This document shows positions 1 through 9,840 of a stretch of DNA of 64,000 nucleotides, one piece after another. This DNA comes from Sedimenticolaceae bacterium (GTDB taxonomy: Bacteria > Pseudomonadota > Gammaproteobacteria > Chromatiales > Chromatiaceae): the NCBI GenBank assembly GCA_050287965.1, contig JBNKCX010000025.1, positions 6,233 through 70,232 of the forward strand, read 5' to 3'. Positions within the stretch are counted from its first letter, which is position 1; each line of letters opens with the position of its first letter. The notes beneath the pieces were generated by a model. That model was not told the origin of the DNA. It saw only the letters and a list, made by a program, of their open reading frames with translations, and searched no databases. Both the position numbers and the translations under genes were made by a program.

Positions 1-133
1 AGTTCCCGCAGCCGCTCCGGCGCGAGCCACTGGCTCCGCTCCATTCCCCTGCGGACGGAAACGGTATCGTGCCCTTTCAGCCGCTCATGCAGCGGAAACA
101 GGAGCCCGGAAACGAGTCTGGTGTATAAACTGG

Positions 134-1384
134 TCATTTGTTGTTCTTTCCGTGCCCGGCGAGTCCCTTAAATATCTGCTCAAGCACCACCACCCGGGTA
201 TCCCAGGAGTTTTCCGCCGCGTACGCCAGGATCTCCTCACGGTCCCACTGTCTGCGGAGGGCATCGTCCAGGGCCTCCTCCAGGCGTGGCGCGTCATAGT
301 ACGGCACCACCGTCCCCAGCGCCTCTCGGCACACCACCTCCCGGTTACCCCCCACATCCGTGGTAATCACCGGCAGACCGCAGGCCATGGCTTCCAGGAA
401 GACATTTGCCCAGCCCTCGTTGCTGGTGGCCAACACGAAAACATCGGCGGCGGAAAGCGGCACTTTGAGTTCCGCGGATGGAACGGGGCCCAGAAATCGT
501 ACCACATCCTCCAGCTTCAGATCCGCAACCTGTCTGTGTAGACGCCCGCTCCAGTCCCCTTCCGGGCTCGGCCCTCCGACCACGAGATATTTGAGACCCG
601 GATTCCTCTCAAGCAGCCCGGGCAACAGCCCGATCACCCGGTGAAACCCCTTCCGCTCAACCAGTCCCCCAACCGAGATCAACACCTTGTCCGATTCGGA
701 CAGGCCCAATCGTCGTCTCGCATCGCCTTTGGGGATCGGACTGAATTTCCGCGTGTCCACGCCGTTCCCGACCACCTGAATCTTGGCGGCATCCGCACCG
801 AGGGAGACCATATGTCTTTTGAGGGAGTCCGATACCGATATCACCCTGTCCGCCCGCTGCAACGCCTTAAGCAGCAACCGGCGATGGAGCAGCATCCCGG
901 CCTGCGGAACCTCCGTCCCGCGCAGGGTGATGGTGACCGGGATATCCAGCCACTTTCCCAGCAGGGTCGCCGCGTAGCCGTCCGGATAGGCGAAATGACT
1001 GTCAATAACGTCGAATTTACTCTGCTTCTTCAACCGCAGTACTGAGGGCAGACTGCCAAGGGCCATGAACAGGCCGTCCAGGGATTTCAGGACCCCCGGG
1101 ACGGAAAAAAAACGGGGAAACAATACCTCATTTCCATCCTGCAGTTCCCGTGCTGGAACCGGTGGCCGAAAATGCGAACGAAAGCGTCGTATCAGCCCCT
1201 GGCCGGGAAACCAGGGCTTGGGAGATATTACCGTTACCGGAATCCTTTCCCCCACCCTGTACATACGCTCCCGTATGAATACTCCGGCGTTGGGAGTAAC
1301 GGCGTTTGGGAACAGGCTTGAAAATACCAGGACTCTGGTGGGGGTGCTTTCCATGTAATTCTTATGAAATTCCCGATGTCTCAA
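134..1384 (-). CDS. Glycosyltransferase, GT-B fold family 4
   Basis: 416-aa ORF. C-terminal E-x7-E signature EGWANVFLEAMACGLPVITTDVGGNRE. Polysaccharide-locus context. Confidence 0.8.
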   Translation of the reverse strand: MRHREFHKNYMESTPTRVLVFSSLFPNAVTPNAGVFIRERMYRVGERIPVTVISPKPWFPGQGLIRRFRSHFRPPVPARELQDGNEVLFPRFFSVPGVLKSLDGLFMALGSLPSVLRLKKQSKFDVIDSHFAYPDGYAATLLGKWLDIPVTITLRGTEVPQAGMLLHRRLLLKALQRADRVISVSDSLKRHMVSLGADAAKIQVVGNGVDTRKFSPIPKGDARRRLGLSESDKVLISVGGLVERKGFHRVIGLLPGLLERNPGLKYLVVGGPSPEGDWSGRLHRQVADLKLEDVVRFLGPVPSAELKVPLSAADVFVLATSNEGWANVFLEAMACGLPVITTDVGGNREVVCREALGTVVPYYDAPRLEEALDDALRRQWDREEILAYAAENSWDTRVVVLEQIFKGLAGHGKNNK

Positions 1385-1565
1385 TAAGGCGGCCTTATTG
1401 ACCTCTATATAAAAGTAATAGTGCTATGATGATAGCCGAAGCCCGGAGTATTATAGCACCCTGTCCGTCCTGAAAATGACCTGAAAGCTTTCCCTTACCG
1501 CCGTTCCTATTGCCCGTTTTCTGGTTGGGAGTGGAAGCTTCAGTATATCCTTATTAAATGTACCG

Positions 1566-2576
1566 ATGATAGAAGAAGACATAAGCAGAAGAATAGCGAT
1601 TATCAGATATGTCATGATATTTGGTATCGTCGTGCTCCATATTCCGCCCTACGTCCCGTTACCGGAAACGGGGCCTTCATTTTTTGATTCTGTAAAGGCC
1701 TTCTTTCAGCACGCCGTTTTCCGAACTTCCGTTCCTGTTCTTACATTTATTTCCGGGTATCTATTATTTAACAGCCGTCTGGACATCAATCTTCCTCTTC
1801 TCGCAAAGAAGAAAATTAAAACGCTTCTTGTCCCTTTGATTCTCTTTAATCTCCCCCTTGTAATATGCATATATATTATTCAGTTGAAAGGGGTGAACAT
1901 TCATGATTTCTCAGAACAACTCGTCCCCTTCGACCTGTTTACCTGGGTTAATGCGACCATCGGTATTTCCAGTGATCCCGTCAACTATCCTCTATCCTTC
2001 CTTAGAGACCTCTTCCTTATTTCTTTATTGTCCCCCATATTTGGTTGGGCAATAAGGCATATGCCATATGTTGGTTTCATTGCCGTATTTGCTATTTTCT
2101 GGTTTGACCTTGATGGACCATTGGTAATCAGAAACACCATGCCGATTCTATTTTATGCCGGCGGATTGGCCAGCACTTTACGATGGGATATGAGAAAGCT
2201 GGACCAATATGGGATTGTTCTTCTTTCAATTTTTATTGGGTTCTGTTTGGGGATAATCCTTTTTGAAGTCGAGAACAGGAATTACCTTCGAATAATATCC
2301 CCCCTTCTTATATGGCCCGCCATCTCTCTGATAGCTGATACGAAATTCGGATATTGGATAGCCAGCATATCCAAGCGCAGCTTTTTTTTATTCCTGGTCC
2401 ATGGTCCTATTGTGTTTGCGTTTTGGCTTCTATATAAATTATATCTTGCGGCCGTCCCTTACTGGCTGTTTTGGATCGTGACCCCGGTAATTACAGCATT
2501 ATTAATTGCTAAAATAGATGCGTTTCTTCATCGGGCTTTTCCCGGATTTATGAAAATCGCTCTTGGCGGACGATAA
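1566..2576 (+). CDS. Integral-membrane acyltransferase family 3 (polysaccharide O-acyl/acetyltransferase type)
   Basis: 336 aa, hydrophobic throughout (about 10 helices). N-terminal RRIAIIRYVMIFGIVVLH pattern is typical of Acyl_transf_3. Visibly AT-rich gene. Confidence 0.65.
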   Translation: MIEEDISRRIAIIRYVMIFGIVVLHIPPYVPLPETGPSFFDSVKAFFQHAVFRTSVPVLTFISGYLLFNSRLDINLPLLAKKKIKTLLVPLILFNLPLVICIYIIQLKGVNIHDFSEQLVPFDLFTWVNATIGISSDPVNYPLSFLRDLFLISLLSPIFGWAIRHMPYVGFIAVFAIFWFDLDGPLVIRNTMPILFYAGGLASTLRWDMRKLDQYGIVLLSIFIGFCLGIILFEVENRNYLRIISPLLIWPAISLIADTKFGYWIASISKRSFFLFLVHGPIVFAFWLLYKLYLAAVPYWLFWIVTPVITALLIAKIDAFLHRAFPGFMKIALGGR

Positions 2577-2612
2577 TTGGAATAACTTTTCCTTGTTAAC
2601 GATAAAACAAGC

Positions 2613-4655
2613 ATGAACAATTTCAGCAATCTGTTTTCAAAGCCGACAACAGCTTATATGTCGTCGGTCTTCATAGTTGTCCTCCTATCGGCTTTGTCTG
2701 AGTTTGTCCTGCTGCAACTAAAATACGATATTTTCACAGGTGGATTTTTACAACCGTATTCCTATCTATCCTGGATGGACAGGACGTTATTCATTTCCAT
2801 TTTTCTCTGGATGAACCTGGTGCTTTTCGGCGCGCTCGGCGCAATCTGGTTTTCCTTTATGATAAGGCGGGGTTCCCGACTACTGGTTGCTTCCTACCTA
2901 TTTATATATTCCTGCTTATCGTTAATGGGCGTATGGCTGACCTTGGAATATAAGGTACTTACCTATTTCAACGATACGATCAATTTTCTGATCATAAAAA
3001 ATCTTGGGGGAGGAAGCGTTACCAGCGCAATCCGCTATGTCGCCAATGAATCCTCGATAATAGTCATTGCCTGTCTCTTGTTGTTTCTCCTCTTCCTGAT
3101 AGGTCTTAGAATTGTCCGGAATTCCGCAAATGCCGGCTATTTTATTGCCAGCGGACCCTTGCCGTTCAGAAAAAGATGGCTGATCCCTGTTACAGGCTCC
3201 ATCACAATAGGCATGATCATACTGGTTAATTCCAATTTCTTTCTGCTCTACGGACTCAACAAGACGACCTCTTATGTATTAATCAGCTCTGTTCTCGATG
3301 AAGTTACCGACATCGACAGGGACGGCCATGGACTATTTTCATTCCCCGTTGATTCCGCCCCACTCGACCCCTCCGTTTACCCGGGGGCGCTTGATATACC
3401 CGGGAATGACATTGATGAAGATGGGTATGGAGGGGATTTCGCCTGGAATGAGGACAACTTCGATCCGCTACGGCTGCTATCACCTAAACAGGGATCCCAT
3501 ATCCTGTTAATTGTTCTGGAAAGCACTAGAAGCGATTTGCTTGAGATCGAGTATGAGGGAAAACCCGTCACTCCCAACATAGCCGCAATCGCAAAAAATG
3601 GCAGTGCCGTTCCCTACGCATACAGCCATACCGGCTATACGACAACGTCCCTTACCGCCCTGTTAAATCGCTCCCTTGCCTCCGGTTATGAAAGAACCAG
3701 GTTGGCTGATTTTCTGAGCGACTCCGGTTATTCCCTCTCTTTTATTTCAGGACAGGATGAATCCTTCGGTCACGTGGCAACAAGAACAGGTATGGCCGAC
3801 AAGGATAGGCACCTGTTCGATGCTCGTTCCGCCCTGCGGGATCGCGTATATCCCAGCAAGGATTCGGGGAGCCTCAGATTAAGTGAAGATCGGGTAGTGC
3901 AGGCTTTTTTTGAGAGGTCATCGGATGTTGACTGGAAGCAACCACAGTTCTTTTACATCAACCTTCAGGCCGCCCATTTCCCCTATTCCTACCCGTCCAT
4001 GCCCGTGCTTATCGGCGAGCGGCCTATCCCTCGTTCCGAAATAAGCGAAACCAACCGGGACTGGCTGGAAACCACCTACTGGAATGCGGTTTCCGTAGCG
4101 GACCAGGCAATAGGCCGAATAATCGAACGCCTCAAGAAGCTCGGCGTCTATGAGCAAACTCTCGTTGTGATCGTCGCGGACCACGGGGAATCCCTGTTCG
4201 ATGATCACTTTCTCGGGCATGGCCACGCTCTCGATGAGGCACAAACACGAATCCCCATGATCTTCAATCAATCTGGTATTGATGTTAAGAGCGCTGTCGG
4301 GCAGGTGGATATGGCCGATCTTATTATGCAGTTGGCATCCGGTTGCTTTTCGAACCAACAGTGGGACTCCCCGCAAAAACCTGTTCTCCAGATCGTCGGC
4401 TCTCTGGATGCTCCGCAGCTCGTGGGCACGGTTTCTTACGGTGAAATCCGCACCATTCTCGACCTGCGAACACGTAAAGTATTTTTCAGTGACCTGGAAC
4501 GCTGGGAGGACTTTGACGTCGCGTATAATGATCCGGTAATGGGGGCACGCACGAAAGGTCTCATTAATCTTTGGGAGTCAACCCGTTGGGAAAATCACCT
4601 CGCGCACCAGGAAGAAGAAGCACCGAAGCCGCCGGAGCAGACTGAACCCTTATAA
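2613..4655 (+). CDS. Membrane-anchored alkaline-phosphatase-superfamily transferase (LtaS/sulfatase-like)
   Basis: 680 aa with several N-terminal TM helices. Catalytic-domain motifs LIVLESTRSD and VIVADHGESLFDDH. Two DxDxDG motifs lie between the membrane and catalytic parts. Confidence 0.65.
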   Translation: MNNFSNLFSKPTTAYMSSVFIVVLLSALSEFVLLQLKYDIFTGGFLQPYSYLSWMDRTLFISIFLWMNLVLFGALGAIWFSFMIRRGSRLLVASYLFIYSCLSLMGVWLTLEYKVLTYFNDTINFLIIKNLGGGSVTSAIRYVANESSIIVIACLLLFLLFLIGLRIVRNSANAGYFIASGPLPFRKRWLIPVTGSITIGMIILVNSNFFLLYGLNKTTSYVLISSVLDEVTDIDRDGHGLFSFPVDSAPLDPSVYPGALDIPGNDIDEDGYGGDFAWNEDNFDPLRLLSPKQGSHILLIVLESTRSDLLEIEYEGKPVTPNIAAIAKNGSAVPYAYSHTGYTTTSLTALLNRSLASGYERTRLADFLSDSGYSLSFISGQDESFGHVATRTGMADKDRHLFDARSALRDRVYPSKDSGSLRLSEDRVVQAFFERSSDVDWKQPQFFYINLQAAHFPYSYPSMPVLIGERPIPRSEISETNRDWLETTYWNAVSVADQAIGRIIERLKKLGVYEQTLVVIVADHGESLFDDHFLGHGHALDEAQTRIPMIFNQSGIDVKSAVGQVDMADLIMQLASGCFSNQQWDSPQKPVLQIVGSLDAPQLVGTVSYGEIRTILDLRTRKVFFSDLERWEDFDVAYNDPVMGARTKGLINLWESTRWENHLAHQEEEAPKPPEQTEPL

Positions 4656-4886
4656 CTAGAAGAGCGTGTCATCCCGGCGCGGTCGCATAGGGCGGGCTGT
4701 CCCCGCCATCCCCGATTACCGTGTCGGCGCAGGCCGGGATCCTGAAGGCGCCTTCTTAGGAAAAGAATTTGAGGAAGTTGGCGCCCATCCCTCATTCAGA
4801 GGGAGCTGGAAGGGGTGACCTGAAACACCCCCGACCCGTATCCGGCACCACCCTGTCGCCCCTCCCCGAAAGAGGGGACGTGATCC

Positions 4887-5504
4887 TTATTTATCCAAAA
4901 AATCCTGAATTGCAACGGCGAGAATAGAGGCTGCCGGCGTTTCCGTAAAATCCATACTCGGTGTTTCATAGGAACCGGAGATATAGAATATGGTAAGCGG
5001 CTTCCTGGGGCTGACGAGCAATACCAACGTATTCTTTATCTGGTGCGAGATCGGATCTTCCACAAATTCATCCCCATACAACAGGACGTATCCGGCGAAT
5101 CCCAAACCATCAGCCTGATTATAAAGATGCACAGGAATATCAGACTGCCCCGTCAGTCTTACTATACCCTCTCGTTCCAGATTGCTGCCATAGGACAATC
5201 CGAGCTCCGGGTGATGATATAACCGCTTATGATCATAAGACCTGGCTACAAACAGACGAAAATCTCCCCTATCAGGACTGGTATATATACGCTCAAACCA
5301 GTCCTCACTTTTGAACATATCGTCGACCCACTCCTGTCCATGCCTTCCATACGGCGCTGAAGTGAAGCCATTCAGCTCACTTCTTATGTCCGCTACCGTT
5401 TTCCCATCCTCCAATGTAGCACCCGCGTAGGTGTGTATCAGCGTAGGAATCGAGGCGAGAACCAGGAACAGAATTACAGGAACAGCATAACGCGAGGAAA
5501 TCAT
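4887..5504 (-). CDS. EpsI-family exosortase-associated protein
   Basis: 205 aa with a single N-terminal TM. Its start overlaps the exosortase stop by 4 nt (5501-5504). Assigned from size and position directly downstream of the exosortase, not from a motif. Confidence 0.6.
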   Translation of the reverse strand: MISSRYAVPVILFLVLASIPTLIHTYAGATLEDGKTVADIRSELNGFTSAPYGRHGQEWVDDMFKSEDWFERIYTSPDRGDFRLFVARSYDHKRLYHHPELGLSYGSNLEREGIVRLTGQSDIPVHLYNQADGLGFAGYVLLYGDEFVEDPISHQIKNTLVLLVSPRKPLTIFYISGSYETPSMDFTETPAASILAVAIQDFLDK

Positions 5505-6367
5505 TGCGACACTTCCTTGGCCGTCTCCGTATCCCGGCCCATCCAGAATATGACAGGCAATGCGACTACGAATGTGAGCAGCCCTGATATTTCATGTGCC
5601 GATGTATTTAGAACATCAAGTCCATTCCACTGAACCAGAAGCGTTAACATAAGCACCCTTACAATATTGACACCTATTGCAAGTGGTGCCGCAACAAGCA
5701 GCACTAAGATTTTCCTGACGTTACTGGTTGAAAAATATGCCGTAAGGATCGCCACCGTTACCGTGGCATAAAGAGTGGAAAAACCGCTACATGCATCGGC
5801 GACCTGTAACGAACCGTTCGGTGTCTGCAATAAGGTATCCTGAGCGAAAACCGGCACACCGAGAAACGGGAGCACCATCGCTACACTATCCGCGGCTATA
5901 TGCCTTAACGCAAGGTGCGTCGATTCTGTAAATGTAAGTGGTATCGGTAACGTAAGAAACAACGTAATTAAAGGGAACGTGATGGATTTAGTACGTTCCG
6001 CCCCAAGAAACAACAGCGCCAGCCCCGGAAGTGCCATAAAAAGGGCTGCAGCGGCCAGAAGCTGAGTATGTATCCCTGTATCCAACATATGGAGCCCCAG
6101 GGCCGGAATCAGCAAGGCAAAACCCCAGGGACTGGAATCCTCAGGAAGATCCTTTTTTTGCCTTAACTCGTCCCGAATCAGATAACCAACCACCAATGTT
6201 ATCAGTATACCGTGTCCATGATTCCAAACACTCAACGTCCATCTATCCCAAAGCCAAAAAAGCGTTGGCCCGAAAAGGATAAGCAGCATTAATACCACTA
6301 ACCATAAGCGCCAGTTTACGGCTTGGCGCTGACTAAGAGCCCGGGCTGAAGAGGCGGATGAAGACAT
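5501..6367 (-). CDS. Exosortase (PEP-CTERM protein-sorting transpeptidase)
   Basis: 288-aa polytopic membrane protein. Candidate catalytic residues are visible: Cys in ADACSGFSTLY, Arg in NIVRVLML, His in SAHEISG. A PEP-CTERM substrate, a PrsT-like protein and EpsI are in the same window. Confidence 0.8.
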   Translation of the reverse strand: MSSSASSARALSQRQAVNWRLWLVVLMLLILFGPTLFWLWDRWTLSVWNHGHGILITLVVGYLIRDELRQKKDLPEDSSPWGFALLIPALGLHMLDTGIHTQLLAAAALFMALPGLALLFLGAERTKSITFPLITLFLTLPIPLTFTESTHLALRHIAADSVAMVLPFLGVPVFAQDTLLQTPNGSLQVADACSGFSTLYATVTVAILTAYFSTSNVRKILVLLVAAPLAIGVNIVRVLMLTLLVQWNGLDVLNTSAHEISGLLTFVVALPVIFWMGRDTETAKEVSQ

Positions 6368-6712
6368 TGCTATTGGTCGTCAGTAGTCATTTGTCTGCAA
6401 AGTTTGGCATAAACCTTCCTCTATTTCGATATATGACCCGTCATATTTCTTACCCGGGCCATGCGGATTACGCCATCAGCAAACCGCCAATCCCCACTCC
6501 TAGGCCAGGACCATTCGCCTCTAATGGCATCAATTTCCGGATTTGAGGAGTATTCCCGATAAATGACCAGATATGAGAGCCCCAAATTCTCCCCTTTTTA
6601 ACGATTTCGGCTTATGATGTTACTCCAAATAATAGCTATATAACCAAGCCTATCGCTTTGTTTTTTAAAGCTTTTATAACCAATAGCCCGATTTTTGCTT
6701 TAAACAAAACAG

Positions 6713-8374
6713 ATGCAACTCAACAGACAAGACATTATTTCACCCGGGGTATCCCTCTTTATTATCTTGTCTGTCCTCAGCGTCCTTGTGACACGTGAGC
6801 TGGGCAACCCGCATTTGGGGTACCCCGACGCCGATCGCATATTGATGGACGGGGTCTTTTTGTATGACTTCCTAAATGATCTTCCTCTTACTAGGATTTA
6901 CGACTATACAATCAACTATTATGCGCAATATCCGGCCCTGAGTATCGGTTATCGTCCCCCATTCTTTCCTTTTGTTGAGGCTGTCTTCAATGGAGCCTTT
7001 GGGGTAACCGTCTGGAGCAGCAGACTTGCCATCCTCGCTTTCGCACTGGTCGGGTTTTCCTCCTGGTTCTTCCTTGTCAGGCGTATCTTCAATACCACAA
7101 CCGCCCTGGCGAGTTCCTTATTACTGATCAGCCTGCCTTTCGTCGCTCGGTGGGGATGGTACACCATGGGAGAACTACCTGTCCTCTCCATGTCAATGCT
7201 GACATGCTATCTTTTCTACCGCTATGTTGAAACAGATAAGGCGCGTTTCCTTTTTGGCTGCGCCATCTCTTTCATTCTATCCGTCTGGACCAAGCAGACT
7301 GCCTTCTATCTGGCATTCTTCTTTATCTTCTATCTTTTCCATGATAGATCGCTACTCGATCGCTTGAAGCAGCGCAAAACATGGATTGTTTTATCCCTCA
7401 TACTTATTGCGCTTATCCCATTGGCGGTCATAACCGTATGGCTTGGAGACCAGAACCTTGAACAATCTGTTGGACTGGCATCCACCTCAAGTGATTCGCC
7501 ATGGATGCAACGTCTGACCAGCATTCCGAAACATTTCAGCAACATTTATCACCATCAAACAACGCTGCCATTTCTTATACTTTCCATCTCCGGCATGCTG
7601 CTATCACTCATCAAGCGTGATAGAAAAACCGTATTTTTCTGGCTATTTATTATTTCCACTTTTCTATTCTTCTCATATATTGTCCATAAGAACGAACGTT
7701 ATTCCATATTCTGGTTACCGGCCTTCTCCCTGTTCGCGGCTTACCCTTTATACCTGTTACGCAATAATAGTTATGCTATCTATTTTTCAGGGCTAGTTAT
7801 TCTCGGGATTTTTTCATTCCAGGTTTTTACTATATATAAGACCGAGCCCGGCTATGCCACGGGATATCAGGAAGCGGCTCAATTCGTTCTTGCTAACAGC
7901 AGATCGCCAACGGTTTTTATTGACGCCTACAATAATGGATATTTCACGTACTTTATGCGCGCCCTCGATGATGATCGTTCCATGTATGTACTGCGGGCGG
8001 ATAAGCTACTTGCATCATCATCCATAAGCGCACGACATAGGATTGAGATACACGCGCAAAGCAGAAGCGATATTCTTAAGATTCTGGATGATTATGGCGT
8101 TGAATTTATTGTTATAGAACGCGAGGATATTTCCGGTGTTGCTATATATAAGGAACTTAGATCACTTCTCAATGACGGCTCATTTTCCGTTGCAAAACGA
8201 ATACCCGTGATATCCTCACGTCAGGTATTGCAAAATCAGGAGTTATTGATTTACCGCTATCTTGATCGTAAACCCATTTCCGGCAATACGCTGACCCTGC
8301 ATCTTCCCGTTGTCGGTCAGACAATAAGTGTTCCTCTTCGCCAACTCATCGACGGTGACAAAAAGCCGAAATAG
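6713..8374 (+). CDS. GT-C fold glycosyltransferase (ArnT/PMT-like, family 39/83)
   Basis: 553 aa with about 11 TM helices followed by a soluble C-terminal domain. First loop reads YPDADRILMDG (acidic motif typical of the family). Confidence 0.55.
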   Translation: MQLNRQDIISPGVSLFIILSVLSVLVTRELGNPHLGYPDADRILMDGVFLYDFLNDLPLTRIYDYTINYYAQYPALSIGYRPPFFPFVEAVFNGAFGVTVWSSRLAILAFALVGFSSWFFLVRRIFNTTTALASSLLLISLPFVARWGWYTMGELPVLSMSMLTCYLFYRYVETDKARFLFGCAISFILSVWTKQTAFYLAFFFIFYLFHDRSLLDRLKQRKTWIVLSLILIALIPLAVITVWLGDQNLEQSVGLASTSSDSPWMQRLTSIPKHFSNIYHHQTTLPFLILSISGMLLSLIKRDRKTVFFWLFIISTFLFFSYIVHKNERYSIFWLPAFSLFAAYPLYLLRNNSYAIYFSGLVILGIFSFQVFTIYKTEPGYATGYQEAAQFVLANSRSPTVFIDAYNNGYFTYFMRALDDDRSMYVLRADKLLASSSISARHRIEIHAQSRSDILKILDDYGVEFIVIEREDISGVAIYKELRSLLNDGSFSVAKRIPVISSRQVLQNQELLIYRYLDRKPISGNTLTLHLPVVGQTISVPLRQLIDGDKKPK

Positions 8375-8398
8375 TTGGCGACACCGCGGCATTTCCCG

Positions 8399-9814
8399 CT
8401 AGCGCAATATATCCGAGTGTTTTCTTAGATCCTCATATATCGGGTAATAACCAACACCAAGGATGAACAATGCTGCCGCCAGAGCCAACCAGTCCCGAAG
8501 GAAATGGCCAATTGCGAGAAATGCCAAGAAGGCTATCATTACGGTTCCGATAGATCGCACTACCGCTGCGTCCATCCTGTACCGTAGTTTCCGTTTCAAC
8601 ATGACGATCAGAAATACAACAGCAACGCCAAGGGCGGCAGCAATACCTACTATGGCTCCGGATACGCCCAGGTACGCGGTAAACAGCGGCACACAGAGCA
8701 TAAGGAAAAAGCCTCCAATGACTGAAATAACAAGGGCGTGTTTATAGAATCCATGGGCGATAAATACCTTTGTTCCTGCCACATATATTGTCAAAGGAGT
8801 GAGCAGCCAGAGTACCTTTCCCAGCAGCCTACCGGTTTGTGCGAATTCCTCCCCGAATAGCGCTGGTACCAACCAGGGCCCAACGACCGCCCCCACCATG
8901 CCGCCGACCGCACCTGCAATAATTGCCAGGTGAATCATCGCATTCATAAACAACATATCTCTCTCATCCCCACGCCCGACCGACCTGCTGAGGGCCGGCA
9001 AGGAGGCGCGAACCACCGCTTGTGGTACCGCGCACGCCAATATGTAGAGCTGCATGGCCAGCGCGAATTGCCCAAGCTGAAGCTGGTCTTCAACCGTATG
9101 CCGGAACAACACCACCGGACCCTGCTGTATCCAACCGGACAGCAGAACCAGCCAATAAAGACTGGCCAACTGCAAGACACCTTCCGGAAGAGAAAAGGGC
9201 TGCCACGGGAACTTCACCAGACGCTTTCTTACCATAGTCATTGCCCAGGATGCCTGTGCTGCCCAGACAAGCGCGTGCAGCGCCGCTAAGGTGATAATTC
9301 CTTCGCCCGCTGCCAGTAAGATAATGCCGATAAGCACTTCGGCGGGACGAAACATTAGGTTTTGATACAGGACGTATTGCGCTCGCTCATAGGCTATAAA
9401 CATGCCATCCGCCCACCCCGCCATAGCGCGCGCGGCGAGCGCCAGAGATAGAATGAACAGAAGACTGCGAATGGACGCATCATCATTGGCAATCCATCCG
9501 ACTATCGCGCATACGATTGCCGCCGCCGCGCTCAACAATGTCTGCAGACTGCAGGCTCGTGATACCAGTTGTTCCGGATGTCCCGATTGGCGCGGGATTT
9601 CCCTCCCCAATAGATTGCCGATCGCACCGGCTCCGGCCAATGGAAGAAATGCAAGATACCAGTGGTGACCATATGCAAAAACACCATATATCTCAGGGCC
9701 AAGAAAGCGTGCCAACACAACCATATAGAGTCCGCGCAATACATGGGTTACCGCGTCCCCACCGAGCAGATTCGCGGAATTAGCAAGTACTGAGCGTATC
9801 CCATTCAGCTTCAT
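8399..9814 (-). CDS. Polysaccharide flippase (MOP/Wzx-like)
   Basis: 471 aa, hydrophobic throughout (12-14 helices), N-terminal region Wzx-like. Sits in an EPS operon. Confidence 0.65.
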   Translation of the reverse strand: MKLNGIRSVLANSANLLGGDAVTHVLRGLYMVVLARFLGPEIYGVFAYGHHWYLAFLPLAGAGAIGNLLGREIPRQSGHPEQLVSRACSLQTLLSAAAAIVCAIVGWIANDDASIRSLLFILSLALAARAMAGWADGMFIAYERAQYVLYQNLMFRPAEVLIGIILLAAGEGIITLAALHALVWAAQASWAMTMVRKRLVKFPWQPFSLPEGVLQLASLYWLVLLSGWIQQGPVVLFRHTVEDQLQLGQFALAMQLYILACAVPQAVVRASLPALSRSVGRGDERDMLFMNAMIHLAIIAGAVGGMVGAVVGPWLVPALFGEEFAQTGRLLGKVLWLLTPLTIYVAGTKVFIAHGFYKHALVISVIGGFFLMLCVPLFTAYLGVSGAIVGIAAALGVAVVFLIVMLKRKLRYRMDAAVVRSIGTVMIAFLAFLAIGHFLRDWLALAAALFILGVGYYPIYEDLRKHSDILR

Positions 9815-9840
9815 GACCTTCGCTCCGGCACGGCACTCTC

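Noticed and set aside
1-44. Possible 5' end of another minus-strand gene (ATG at 44, MERSQWLAPERLRE...) continuing off the left edge.
   Set aside because: Only 14 codons are visible, which is too little to support a call or a product. It is plausible because the operon probably continues.
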